From Patescibacteria group bacterium (lineage in GTDB: Bacteria > Patescibacteriota > Patescibacteriia > UBA2591 > JAQUPP01): a DNA stretch of 64,000 bases. Under the pieces are notes generated by a model. It did not search any database, was not told the DNA's origin, and saw nothing but the letters and a program-made list of their open reading frames with translations. Made by a program: the position numbers and the translations under genes. Positions 1 to 9,690 of the stretch are shown piece after piece. The stretch covers positions 349,046-413,045 of the forward strand of contig JAQUPP010000001.1 of assembly GCA_028716665.1 (NCBI GenBank), read 5' to 3'. Within the stretch, counting starts at the first letter, position 1. Each line of letters begins with the position of its first letter.

Positions 1-3000
1 GTTGGTCATTCACAGGGCACATTTTACACCAATGAGTTATATAATTATCTGATAAACAATGGCATTCCTAAAGAATCAATCGCCGTGTACAATGTAGCCA
101 CACCGGCTGATTTCGTTGCGGGTAATGGTCTGTATCTTACCTCTCAAAACGATAAGGTTGTTAATAATGTTCGTAATGTCGCCAAAAACGTTAAGGCAAA
201 ACAACCACTTCCCCAAAACATTAACATTCCTTTAAACGAACAAAATGATCCCAAGGGTCATTCATTTAGCAGTGTTTATCTTAACAGTGCTCCTAAAAGA
301 ATAATATCAGAAATCAATAATGTTCTAAAAAATTTGGATAATACACAACAAGTAACCAACACTTCTGACTCCGGTTGTTTTAATTTACCGGATCAAAATT
401 TTTCTTATAAAACACAGAAATTAATTTATTTAGTTGCCGATCCTGTAAGCAATGGCATTGTAAAAGCAGGTGTTGTTACATACAATGGTGTTGCTTTTGC
501 CGGCAATGTTTTATCTACCGGCGTGGCGGTTGTTTTAGATCCGATTTTTAATCTTTTTCAGAAAAAAACCGTCGCCAATATTCATAATTTTCAAGCGTTG
601 ATTGGCGGAATTGGCCAATTATTTAATAGACAAGATGGAGATTCTCCATCATCGCTTCAAGAATTATCAGAACAACAATCTCAACAGCTCGAAGATGCTT
701 TAAATGAATTGCAAAATTCAAAAAATTTAATTACTGAACCGATTAATTCAGAAGAACAATCAGAATCATTAAACCAAGAAGATATTGAACAAAATCAAGA
801 ATTGGAAAAACCTCAAGAAGAAATAGAAAAAGATAAAGAACTGGAAGAAGAAAAAATACCCGAGTCACAATACTTTGCCAGCGACGTGGTGATTAATGAA
901 TTAATACCTAATCCAGCAGATGATCAGAACGAATTAATTGAATTATATAATCGTACTGATAAATCCATAGATTTAACTAACTGGACAATTGAAGATAATA
1001 CTGCTCATCCTAAAAATTTAAAAGGAAAAATTATTTCCAGCCATAGTTGGTTGGCGCTTAATGGAGGCAATGATTTTTCTTTTCAATTAAATAATTCAGG
1101 GGATACAACTATTTTAAAATATAACGGAAATTTAATTGATCAGATTGGTTATGGTGATTTTAATGATGGCAATATCCATGATAACCCTGATACACCCTCA
1201 AAAGGAGAATCTTTAATTCGTTATCCTGACGGTCAAGATAAAAATCAAGACGATCAGGATTTTTTAATCACCGCGACTCCAACTCCCGGTTTGGCTAATC
1301 TTTTTACTGAACAGGTGGTTCTAATTTCTAAAACACTAAACCCTGATAAGACGATTAATAATATTTCTTATCAGTCTTTCCAATCTCAAGACGTGGTAAT
1401 TAATGAAATTGCTTGGGCGGGCACTAAAGCCGACTCCACTGATGAATGGATCGAATTTTATAATAATTTGGACAAACCGATTAGTTTGGCCGGTTGGCGA
1501 TTAAAAGCGGCTGATGGCTCTCCGAATATATTATTAACAGGTGAAATTTCGGCTCACGGTTATTGGTTGTTGGAGAGAACAGATGATGAGGTAATTAAAA
1601 ATATTTCCGCCGATCAAATTTACAGCGGAGTATTAGAAGATTCCGGTGAAACCTTGGAATTAATTGATGGAAATGGTAATCGTATTGATTTTATCAATCA
1701 AGAAAATGGTTGGTTGGGCGGCGGCAACGAGACAAAAGCTTCAATGGAAAGAATTAATTCTACCCTAACAGGTGTTGATACTAATAATTGGCAAACCAAT
1801 AATGGACAAAATTTTTTATGGTTTGACGCCAAATATAATCAAATTTTAGGTACGCCTAAATATAAAAATAGCCAACAAGTTGTTAAAGCACAAGACCAAC
1901 ATGACAAATCTTATTTATCATATAAGGCGCTAGACGTGGTGATTAATGAGATTGATTGGACGGGAACCAAGGCGGACACCAATGACGAATGGATCGAACT
2001 TTATAATAATTTGGATCAAGAAATTGATTTATCCGGTTGGACATTAAAAGCCGAAGATGGTTCGCCTGATATTGTTCTCTCGGGTAAAATAGCGGGGAGG
2101 GATTTTTTTATTTTAGAAAGAACAGATGATGAAGCAATTAAAAATGTCACTGCTGATCAAATTTACAGCGGAGTTCTGGGAAATTCAGGGGAAGATTTGG
2201 AATTGAGAGATAAAAATAATAATTTAATTGACGAAGTTGATTGTACTGATGGTTGGTTTTTTGGCGATAATACCACTAAAGCGACAATGGAAAGGATAGA
2301 TTCTTTAGTTTCTGGTAGCTTAAAAGATAATTGGCAAACCGCTTATTTTCAGGATCAAACCGCTCAAGATACAAAAAATAATTTAATTTTTGGCAGTCCT
2401 AAAAATAAAAACACGGGAAAGCCAGAAGGGAATACTAAAGATACAATTCCGCCGGAAATTAAGTTAACTCAAAAACCGGCAACATCAACTAATTTGACTA
2501 TAGCTAATTTTGAGTTTTCTATTAACGAAGAGGGAAATTTTCTTTGTAAAATTGACGATCAAAATTTAGAATCTTGTTCGTCACCGAAAATTTATTCAAA
2601 TCTCGCCGAAGGAAATCACATTTTTTATATTAAAGCGGTTGATCAGGCAGATAATTTTTCAGAAATAACTTATTCTTGGACTATTGATTTAACCGGATTA
2701 ATTTCTTCTCCAACTACTTCTGGTATTTTTAATTTTTCAACTTGGCCTAATCAAATCAATGGAATCGCCTCGTCAAATGTCAGCTCTACTGATTTGTTGT
2801 TGGTAGAAGTTAAAATTCAAAATAAATCAGAAAATAAATATTTAGGTTATACTACTTCTACTATAGGTTGGATTGATGAACCGACCTGGCTGGAAACAGT
2901 TTTAAATGAAAATAACTGGCATTTTGATTTGCCGGTTTCTTTATTGACCGAATTACCAGATGGTTTATATTCTATTTCTTCTCAAGCTACTGATTTGGTT

Positions 3001-5688
3001 GGTAATATTCAAAATACAACTTCCACGACTGAATTTATTTTTGATTCTATTTCACCGGAAAAAATTAATAATTTAAAAACAGAGAATTTAGGCGGACTAA
3101 ATTTAAAACTTTCTTGGGATAAGGCTATTGATAATTTATCGGGAATAGATCATTATGAAGTCAATTGGGGGCACAATATTATATCTACGATTGCTAATCA
3201 TCTTGAATTAAATGTTGAGGACGGGGAAGAATGTAATTTCCAAGTTAGAGTAATAGATAGAGCAGGTAATTCAGGAGATTGGTCAGAACCGATTTCATAT
3301 TTTATTAAATTGCCTTCAGTGGTAATTAGTGAAGTTCAAATTACCGGTCAGACAGTTAACGATGAATTTATTGAACTTTATAATCCAACAGAAGCCCCAA
3401 TTGATTTAACTGGTTATATTTTAAAAAAGAAAACTAGTGGTGGTAGCGAAAGTAACTTGATAGTTAATAGTCGATTCGTAGATAAAATTATTCAGCCTAA
3501 AGGTTTCCTATTGTTGGTGCCAGAAGAAAATTATTTAGGATCAGTAACACCAGATATTCGTTGGCCTAAAAGTTATTCTTTAGCCCCAGCTAATACTTTA
3601 ATTCTTTATAATCCAGAAGAAAAAATTATTGATAAGGTTGGTTGGGGGCAAGCAATAGATTTTGAAACCGTTGCAGCGTCAGAGCCAATAGTAGCTAGTC
3701 AATCAATTGAAAGAAATAATTTTCAAGATACAGATAATAATTTTAATGATTTTATTGTTCAGGCGATTCCAAGTCCAATAAGCTCAAAAGGACTATGGTT
3801 AAACGGTTGGCAAAAAAGAAAATTATTAGTGATTGACAATACTCAAAATAATAATGATTTAATTGATTTCGAGATTAATATAGGGATTGACTATGAGTCC
3901 GAAATGAATCATGACTTTTCTGATATCCGTTTTACCGATTCTGATAAGACAACTCTTTTGAATTACGGTTGGGATATTAATGACGACGGCACTGACCAAA
4001 AACAAAATGAATATTCCGCTACGGCAGTAGTTAAAATTCCTTTTATCCCAAAACGCGCTCAAAAAATTATTTATCTTTATTATGATAATCCTTCAGCCTT
4101 ACCAGTCGCCAATTTAGAAACGACTCTTACTTGGTTTGATCATTTTACAACCGATAGAAGCAGTGAATATGAAAATTTTAATATTGAATGGGATACAACC
4201 GATTCAGCAATTTATGCTCATTATGGCTGGGCGGCAAAAATATATCCGAAAGATTTAAATATCAAAAATGCTTTAATTAAAACAAAATTTTATCAAAATG
4301 ACGGTGGTTATTTTGAGGATAGATATATGGGGCTTGAATATAGATATATAGATGATAATAATTTATTTAGGATAAGTGGTAGGTCAGAAATTAATTATGA
4401 TGATCCGCTGAGCAAGGGAATTAGGTGGGAGAAAATAATAAATGGAACTAAAACTTTAAAAAAATTAGATGACAACGCCGACGTTATTAGGAAAGAATGG
4501 CAAAACATTACAATATCTTCTTATGAAGGTGAACATAATATTCAATGGAAAAGTGCTAATTGGGATTTAAGTTGGTCTGATATTGAAAATCAACAAAATG
4601 TAGCCGGTAATATTGGTATTTGGTTTTGGAAATATAATCCTGGTGGTTGTCCAACTCCAAAAGCCGATTATTTTTATATTCGCCAAAATACAAAATCTTG
4701 GCCAACTGTTTTTGAGGTCGCAGAAAATTATCAGCCGATTATTTTAGGGAATACTCCATATTTAGAAATTCCGGGTTGGGAAAAAAGAAAAGAAATAATT
4801 ATTACTAATAATAATACTAAAGATTTAGTTAATTTTGAAGTCAACGTAAATATTTCTCATGATTCTGTAATGAATCCTGATTTTTCTGACATCCGTTTTA
4901 CCGATTCTGATAAGACAACTCTTTTGAATTACGGTTGGGATATTAATGACGACGGCACTGACCAAAAACAAAATGAATATTCCGCTACGGCAGTAGTTAA
5001 AATTCCTTTAATACCTGCTTCTTCTGAAACAAAAATTTATATGTATTATGGAAATAAATCTGCGTCGACTGTCGCCAATTTAGAAACCACTCTTACTTGG
5101 TTTGATCATTTTAAGACTGATAGAAGTAGTGAATATGAGGTTTTTAATATGCTTTGGAATACTTCTAATTCACAAATTGTTTCTCATTATGGTTGGGCTA
5201 ATTCAATATATCCTAAAAATTTAAACATTAAAGACGCAATTATTAAAACGTATTATCAATTAGGTGGCGGGGGTCAATTTGAAGATAGACAAATAGGGCT
5301 TCAATATCGTTATACAGATGATAATAATTTTTGGAGAATTTATGGTGAAGGTCCGAGAAATTATAATCCACCAGAAAAAGGAATATATTGGAAAAGGGTA
5401 ATAAGTGGGAGCTATACTATAAAAAATTCAGATATTAGTCAGTGGTTCTCACAATCACAATGGCATAATTTAAAAATAACTCTTTTAGATATTAATCATC
5501 ACATAGAATGGTTAGGGGAAACTATAAATGAAAATTGGTCAGATATTGATACTTATCAGAATGTGGCGGGCAGGGTAATGATTTGGTTTGGAAAATTAAT
5601 TCCAGGAGGATGCCCGGATGCTTATGCGGATTATTTTTATATCCGCCAAAATGCGTCAGTAATGCCAACAGTAAGTTTTGAAGAATAA
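1..5688 (+). CDS. Giant secreted/surface protein, 5'-truncated by the window edge. Frame 1 is open from nt 1, so the listed ORF start at 85 is not the true start. Architecture: N-terminal lipase-type GHSQG nucleophile elbow; a Q/E-rich linker; four lamin-tail domains (repeated VVINEI.W.GTKAD..DEWIE.YN); Ig-like and FN3-like modules; two tandem DUF2341 + concanavalin-A-like lectin modules at the C-terminus.
   Basis: There is no stop codon in frame 1 from nt 1 to 5688, and translation of nt 1-84 gives VGHSQGTFY (a GxSxG serine-hydrolase motif). The lamin-tail signature recurs at about aa 258, 424, 607 and 1085. The DUF2341 signature DFSDIRFTDSDKTTLLNYGWDI...IYLYYDN/IYMYYGN occurs twice. Composition is Asn/Thr/Ser-rich. 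Confidence 0.8.
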   Translation, partial: VGHSQGTFYTNELYNYLINNGIPKESIAVYNVATPADFVAGNGLYLTSQNDKVVNNVRNVAKNVKAKQPLPQNINIPLNEQNDPKGHSFSSVYLNSAPKRIISEINNVLKNLDNTQQVTNTSDSGCFNLPDQNFSYKTQKLIYLVADPVSNGIVKAGVVTYNGVAFAGNVLSTGVAVVLDPIFNLFQKKTVANIHNFQALIGGIGQLFNRQDGDSPSSLQELSEQQSQQLEDALNELQNSKNLITEPINSEEQSESLNQEDIEQNQELEKPQEEIEKDKELEEEKIPESQYFASDVVINELIPNPADDQNELIELYNRTDKSIDLTNWTIEDNTAHPKNLKGKIISSHSWLALNGGNDFSFQLNNSGDTTILKYNGNLIDQIGYGDFNDGNIHDNPDTPSKGESLIRYPDGQDKNQDDQDFLITATPTPGLANLFTEQVVLISKTLNPDKTINNISYQSFQSQDVVINEIAWAGTKADSTDEWIEFYNNLDKPISLAGWRLKAADGSPNILLTGEISAHGYWLLERTDDEVIKNISADQIYSGVLEDSGETLELIDGNGNRIDFINQENGWLGGGNETKASMERINSTLTGVDTNNWQTNNGQNFLWFDAKYNQILGTPKYKNSQQVVKAQDQHDKSYLSYKALDVVINEIDWTGTKADTNDEWIELYNNLDQEIDLSGWTLKAEDGSPDIVLSGKIAGRDFFILERTDDEAIKNVTADQIYSGVLGNSGEDLELRDKNNNLIDEVDCTDGWFFGDNTTKATMERIDSLVSGSLKDNWQTAYFQDQTAQDTKNNLIFGSPKNKNTGKPEGNTKDTIPPEIKLTQKPATSTNLTIANFEFSINEEGNFLCKIDDQNLESCSSPKIYSNLAEGNHIFYIKAVDQADNFSEITYSWTIDLTGLISSPTTSGIFNFSTWPNQINGIASSNVSSTDLLLVEVKIQNKSENKYLGYTTSTIGWIDEPTWLETVLNENNWHFDLPVSLLTELPDGLYSISSQATDLVGNIQNTTSTTEFIFDSISPEKINNLKTENLGGLNLKLSWDKAIDNLSGIDHYEVNWGHNIISTIANHLELNVEDGEECNFQVRVIDRAGNSGDWSEPISYFIKLPSVVISEVQITGQTVNDEFIELYNPTEAPIDLTGYILKKKTSGGSESNLIVNSRFVDKIIQPKGFLLLVPEENYLGSVTPDIRWPKSYSLAPANTLILYNPEEKIIDKVGWGQAIDFETVAASEPIVASQSIERNNFQDTDNNFNDFIVQAIPSPISSKGLWLNGWQKRKLLVIDNTQNNNDLIDFEINIGIDYESEMNHDFSDIRFTDSDKTTLLNYGWDINDDGTDQKQNEYSATAVVKIPFIPKRAQKIIYLYYDNPSALPVANLETTLTWFDHFTTDRSSEYENFNIEWDTTDSAIYAHYGWAAKIYPKDLNIKNALIKTKFYQNDGGYFEDRYMGLEYRYIDDNNLFRISGRSEINYDDPLSKGIRWEKIINGTKTLKKLDDNADVIRKEWQNITISSYEGEHNIQWKSANWDLSWSDIENQQNVAGNIGIWFWKYNPGGCPTPKADYFYIRQNTKSWPTVFEVAENYQPIILGNTPYLEIPGWEKRKEIIITNNNTKDLVNFEVNVNISHDSVMNPDFSDIRFTDSDKTTLLNYGWDINDDGTDQKQNEYSATAVVKIPLIPASSETKIYMYYGNKSASTVANLETTLTWFDHFKTDRSSEYEVFNMLWNTSNSQIVSHYGWANSIYPKNLNIKDAIIKTYYQLGGGGQFEDRQIGLQYRYTDDNNFWRIYGEGPRNYNPPEKGIYWKRVISGSYTIKNSDISQWFSQSQWHNLKITLLDINHHIEWLGETINENWSDIDTYQNVAGRVMIWFGKLIPGGCPDAYADYFYIRQNASVMPTVSFEE

Positions 5689-5701
5689 ATTTTACCACAT
5701 C

Positions 5702-5730
5702 TTGTTCAAAAAGGCGGAATGCTGTAAAAT
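5702..5730 (+). promoter_or_regulatory. Candidate sigma70-type promoter TTGTTC-N17-TAAAAT upstream of the GT39 gene.
   Basis: -35 TTGTTC at 5702-5707 and -10 TAAAAT at 5725-5730, separated by a 17-nt spacer. This is sequence inspection only. Confidence 0.3.
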
Positions 5731-5745
5731 TGAGATAGAGTAAAT

Positions 5746-5781
5746 ATCATTCATTCTAGACGGCTGTCTAGAATGAATTAG
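5746..5781 (+). terminator. Perfect 12-bp hairpin (TTCATTCTAGAC / GTCTAGAATGAA, loop GGCT) with an AT/T-rich tail, downstream of the giant-protein gene. It is either the terminator of that gene or a 5'-UTR structure of the GT39 gene.
   Basis: Inverted repeat 5750-5761 / 5766-5777 read directly from the sequence. The stem can extend to about 14/16 bp. Confidence 0.45.
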
Positions 5782-5823
5782 TGATTATTTTAGATTATTC
5801 TCTGTTTATTATTAAATGAAAAC

Positions 5824-7470
5824 ATGTTAAGGAATAGAGCGGGGAGAGAGTTAGGTCTCTCCCACTATATAATCTTACTCGCTCGGAAATTCAAAAATTT
5901 CATTTTTGATTTCCTTACTCGCTTCGATTATAAAAAAATATTTTTAGCCGGCATTATTTTGATTTTTGCCATTTTTCTGTTTTTAAGATTTTATAATTTA
6001 TTGGCTCTGCCCATTTTTAATGACGAGGCGATTTATTTAAATTGGGCCAAAGACATTCATTCTAATTGGTCGGAAAATAAATTTACTTCTCTTGTGAGTA
6101 TTGGCGGAAAGCCACCACTGCACTATTGGATTTTAGCCATGGGTTATCATTGGTTTAGGGATCCGCTTTATTCCGGTCGATTTATCTCCATTCTTGCGGC
6201 TATTTTGAGTTTTTGGGGCGTATTTTTGCTGACACAGAAGATTTTTCATTCAAAATTAACCACCCTAATCGCTCTCAGTCTTTACACTTTTTGTCCGTTT
6301 GTTTTGCTTTATGAAAGGATGGCTCTGGCGGATGTTTTTATTTCCATGATTGTGATTTATATTTTTTATTTCAGTTGGCTGATTCTTTTAGAAATAGAAA
6401 AAAATAAAAGACCCCAAAATTTGCAATGGATTTGGCTGGTAATAATTTTGGGGCTTCTTTTTACTCTAGGCCGTTTGTTTAAACAAACGATTTTTATTTT
6501 TATTTTAGTCATGGGATTAATCTTGCTTTGGAGTATTTTAAAAAATAAATTTCAATTTAAAAAAACTTTTTTTCTTGCTTTAGAATTTATTTTGGCTTAT
6601 GCGTTAAGTGAACTGATTTGCCGTTTAATTATTCCGACTAAACTTTTAGCCGGAAGTAATTTTCTTACCAGTTTTTTTATTTTTAATTTTAAAGAATTCT
6701 CAGGATCATTTTTAGACGGTTGGTTTAAAAACTTGAGAATAATAGGAGAAGTTTTTATCAAATATTTTACATGGCCGATTTTAGCAGTTTTTATAATCGG
6801 CTGTTTTAGAAATAAATTTTGGCGAGAATTGAAAATTCAATGGCTGATATTTTTAATTTTTTTGCCTTTGATAATTTTTATTTTAATATCCAATATTTTT
6901 TATCCGCGTTATTTTCTTTTTATTGCGCCATTTTTAATTATTTTAATCGCTTTTTTCATCGCCAACCTCGGACAAGATTTGGCAAGATTTAGATATTTCA
7001 AGACAACTGTTTGTTTATTGCTTTTTCTATTAATTCTTTTGCCGTCTTTTTATCAAGATTATCAACTTTTAAAAAATCCGTTAAAATTTAATTGGGCTAA
7101 AATTGATGATGACTTTGTTAATCAGTGGAGCTCGGGCTATGCCATAACCAATGTGGGCGATTATTTGGTCAAAAATAGTACAAACGATCAACTTATTTTT
7201 TTGGACACATCTTTGGGTTATCCATTTGCTTATTTATATTTATACGAAGAAAAATTGCCCCATTTAAAGTTGGCTCAAATAAATTTTAATTTGGCCGAAT
7301 ATGTAGAAATTGCCCGAAAAACAGAATCTGTTAAACCGATTTTTATTTTATTAAATCCTGATCGGCGGCCAGAAGATAGAGAATTTGAAAAAAGCGATAT
7401 CTGTCAAAATCAAAAAAAATTTTACCAACCGAATAATATTAGTCACTACACACTTTGTTTCATTGATTGA
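5824..7470 (+). CDS. Glycosyltransferase family 39 / ArnT-PMT-like polytopic membrane protein (GT-C fold).
   Basis: More than 10 predicted TM helices. A DE motif sits in the first extracytoplasmic loop (PIFNDEAIYLNW), followed by YHWFRDPLYSGRF and a large C-terminal soluble domain, which is typical of PMT_2/ArnT-like transferases. Confidence 0.65.
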   Translation: MLRNRAGRELGLSHYIILLARKFKNFIFDFLTRFDYKKIFLAGIILIFAIFLFLRFYNLLALPIFNDEAIYLNWAKDIHSNWSENKFTSLVSIGGKPPLHYWILAMGYHWFRDPLYSGRFISILAAILSFWGVFLLTQKIFHSKLTTLIALSLYTFCPFVLLYERMALADVFISMIVIYIFYFSWLILLEIEKNKRPQNLQWIWLVIILGLLFTLGRLFKQTIFIFILVMGLILLWSILKNKFQFKKTFFLALEFILAYALSELICRLIIPTKLLAGSNFLTSFFIFNFKEFSGSFLDGWFKNLRIIGEVFIKYFTWPILAVFIIGCFRNKFWRELKIQWLIFLIFLPLIIFILISNIFYPRYFLFIAPFLIILIAFFIANLGQDLARFRYFKTTVCLLLFLLILLPSFYQDYQLLKNPLKFNWAKIDDDFVNQWSSGYAITNVGDYLVKNSTNDQLIFLDTSLGYPFAYLYLYEEKLPHLKLAQINFNLAEYVEIARKTESVKPIFILLNPDRRPEDREFEKSDICQNQKKFYQPNNISHYTLCFID

Positions 7471-7509
7471 AAAATAATTTATGGTTTTTGAAAGTGTAGG
7501 ATAAACAAC

Positions 7510-7538
7510 TGGCAATTTAATAGCTTTTGTGGTATAAT
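7510..7538 (+). promoter_or_regulatory. Candidate extended -10 promoter (TGgTATAAT) immediately upstream of ftsK. The mRNA would be leaderless or nearly so.
   Basis: TATAAT at 7533-7538 with TG at 7530-7531. The -35 is weak (TGGCAA at 7510-7515). In-frame ATGs at 7540 and 7549 lie 2 to 11 nt after the -10 hexamer. Confidence 0.4.
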
Positions 7539-7539
7539 A

Positions 7540-9651
7540 ATGAGTAATATGAAGAAAAAAGAACTGAAGAAATCAAAAGAAAAACTTAATTTTTCATCTT
7601 TATCGCCGACGCGTCGGCTGGTTTTGGCCATAGTTTTGTTTACTTTGGCCATTATTTTATTATTGGGATTATGCGGTTTAGCCGGAGTGGCGGGCGAACT
7701 CTTGTCTGTCGGCCTTAAAATTATCTTGGGCTGGGCGAGTTGGACAATTCCAATTGCTTTGGCGATTGTCGGAATAATGTGCCTTAATCATGAAAAAATT
7801 CAGGAGATTTATCCTAAAAGACCTTTTGGGATAAGATTGGCCGGATTATTTTTCTCAGTTATTATGTTGGCGGCCATTTTTCATATTCATTTTGTGGATA
7901 ATAAATTAGCCCTTGCGGCCTACAAAGGAGGCGGATATATCGGTTATGGAATAGGTTATGTGATTGTTAACACATTTGGAATTTGGGCGAGCTGGGTGAT
8001 TTTCGTCTGCGCTTTCGCAATTGGCGGAATTATCGCTTTTTCAAATTTAAAGAAAAAATTATCAAAAGAAGAATTGGAAGCGGAAGCGGAAAAAAAGAAA
8101 GAAAATCTTGCTCAGGCGGGTTTTCAAAGTTTGAAGGCGATTCTGGCCAAAAAAGATAAATTGGTTTTAAAACCTGATAATGAAAAAAATAAAATTTTAG
8201 AAAAAACTGAAGACAATTTAAAATTGTCCAAAGGAATTGCCGGTTTTGGTTCAACAAAAATTCGTCCCAAGATTGAACTGCCTTTGGATTTATTGGATTC
8301 CAGTTCTGAGAAACCCAATTCAGGGGATATAAAAAATAATAAATTGATTATTCAAAAAACTTTGGAAAGTTTTGGCATTCCGGTGGAAATGGGAGAAGTG
8401 AAAACCGGTCCGACGGTCACTCAATATACTTTAAAACCGGCTGATGGCGTAAAAATTTCGCAAATTACGGGCTTGCAGAATGATTTGGCTTTGGCCCTAG
8501 CCGCTCATCCGATTAGAATTGAAGCGCCGATTCCGGGTCAATCTTTGGTTGGAATTGAAATACCGAACAAGCAAAAAGCAGTTGTCAGATTAAGAGAAGT
8601 TTTTGAGAGCGCTGAGTTTAGAAAAAATAAAACGAATTTATCGTTAGCCATAGGCAAAGATGTGGCGGGCGATATATGGTTTGGAGACTTGGGAAAAATG
8701 CCGCACTTGTTGGTGGCCGGTTCAACCGGAAGCGGAAAAACCGTAATGCTTAATTCGGTTATCGTAAATTTGATTTATCAAAATACTCCCGAAGATTTGA
8801 AATTTATTTTCATTGATCCAAAAAGAGTGGAACTTACTTTATATAATGACTTGCCTCATTTGTTGACGCCGGTTATCACCGATGTTAATAAAACCATTAA
8901 CGCTTTAAAATGGTCAATCAAAGAAATGGAGCGACGTTTTGAAGTGATGAGTCAGGCTCAAAAAAGAGATATCTTTGCTTACAATAAAGATGCCAAAACA
9001 AAAATGCCGTTTATCGTGGTGGTGATTGACGAATTGGCTGATTTAATGATCACTTCGCCACAGGAAGTCGAAGCTTGCATTATCAGGCTGTCTCAGATGG
9101 CCAGGGCGACCGGAATTCACTTAATAATGGCCACCCAGCGTCCGTCAGTGGATATTATCACCGGTTTGATCAAGGCCAATATTACTTCCAGAATAGCTTT
9201 CTCAGTGGCCTCAATGACTGATTCAAGAACAATTTTGGATTTCTCAGGCGCGGAAAAATTATTGGGCCGCGGCGACATGTTGTTTATTTCATCGGAATTA
9301 TCCAAACCAAAAAGATTGCAAGGTGCTTATGTCTCAGATGAAGAAATCAAAAGAATTGTTGAATATTTAAGAAATGTCGCCAAACCGGAATATCAAGATG
9401 AAATTGTTGCGCCTCCGCAAAACGAATCGGGAAATAATTTAAGCGATTTAGTGGAAGATGAAATGCTGTCAGACGCCAGAGAAGTGGTTATTCAAGCCGG
9501 CAAGGCCTCTGCTTCGCTTTTACAAAGAAGATTGAGAATCGGTTATGCCAGAGCGGCGAGATTATTGGATTTATTGGAAGAAGAAGAAACAATCGGACCC
9601 GGTGAAGGAGCCAAGCCGAGAGATGTTTACAAGAAAATGCCTAATGACTAA
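7540..9651 (+). CDS. ftsK: DNA translocase FtsK/SpoIIIE. It has N-terminal TM helices, a motor domain with a Walker A motif, and a C-terminal winged-helix gamma domain. The start could equally be the in-frame ATG at 7549.
   Basis: LLVAGSTGSGKTVMLNS (Walker A), IDELADL, and LLQRRLRIGYARAARLLDLLEEE (gamma domain). Confidence 0.93.
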   Translation: MSNMKKKELKKSKEKLNFSSLSPTRRLVLAIVLFTLAIILLLGLCGLAGVAGELLSVGLKIILGWASWTIPIALAIVGIMCLNHEKIQEIYPKRPFGIRLAGLFFSVIMLAAIFHIHFVDNKLALAAYKGGGYIGYGIGYVIVNTFGIWASWVIFVCAFAIGGIIAFSNLKKKLSKEELEAEAEKKKENLAQAGFQSLKAILAKKDKLVLKPDNEKNKILEKTEDNLKLSKGIAGFGSTKIRPKIELPLDLLDSSSEKPNSGDIKNNKLIIQKTLESFGIPVEMGEVKTGPTVTQYTLKPADGVKISQITGLQNDLALALAAHPIRIEAPIPGQSLVGIEIPNKQKAVVRLREVFESAEFRKNKTNLSLAIGKDVAGDIWFGDLGKMPHLLVAGSTGSGKTVMLNSVIVNLIYQNTPEDLKFIFIDPKRVELTLYNDLPHLLTPVITDVNKTINALKWSIKEMERRFEVMSQAQKRDIFAYNKDAKTKMPFIVVVIDELADLMITSPQEVEACIIRLSQMARATGIHLIMATQRPSVDIITGLIKANITSRIAFSVASMTDSRTILDFSGAEKLLGRGDMLFISSELSKPKRLQGAYVSDEEIKRIVEYLRNVAKPEYQDEIVAPPQNESGNNLSDLVEDEMLSDAREVVIQAGKASASLLQRRLRIGYARAARLLDLLEEEETIGPGEGAKPRDVYKKMPND

Positions 9652-9667
9652 TTTCTAATTTCTAATC
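9648..9667. repeat. Left inverted repeat CTAATTTCTAATTTCTAATC (two TTTCTAAT units) flanking the four-helix-bundle gene. It overlaps the ftsK stop codon.
   Basis: Read directly from the sequence. Its reverse complement matches 10066-10094 on the other side of the ORF. Confidence 0.75.
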
Positions 9668-9690
9668 AAATCCCAATAACTAATGTTCAA

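Noticed and set aside
3859-4062. Many short antisense or overlapping ORFs in the supplied track, for example 3859-4062(-), 8030-8318(-), 9117-9305(-), 9837-10022(-), 11462-11749(-), 13195-14073(+), 16413-16625(+), 17478-17747(+), 19344-19827(+), 30408-31065, 43503-44062(+), 44203-44913, 53557-53821(-), 55093-56837(-), 57345-57563(-), 58541-60606(-), 61580-61840(-), 62890-63659(-).
   Set aside because: Each lies wholly inside a longer ORF with clear family-level motifs on the opposite strand or in another frame. They have low-complexity, Phe/Ile/Leu-rich translations typical of AT-rich antisense frames, and no ribosome-binding site or independent support.
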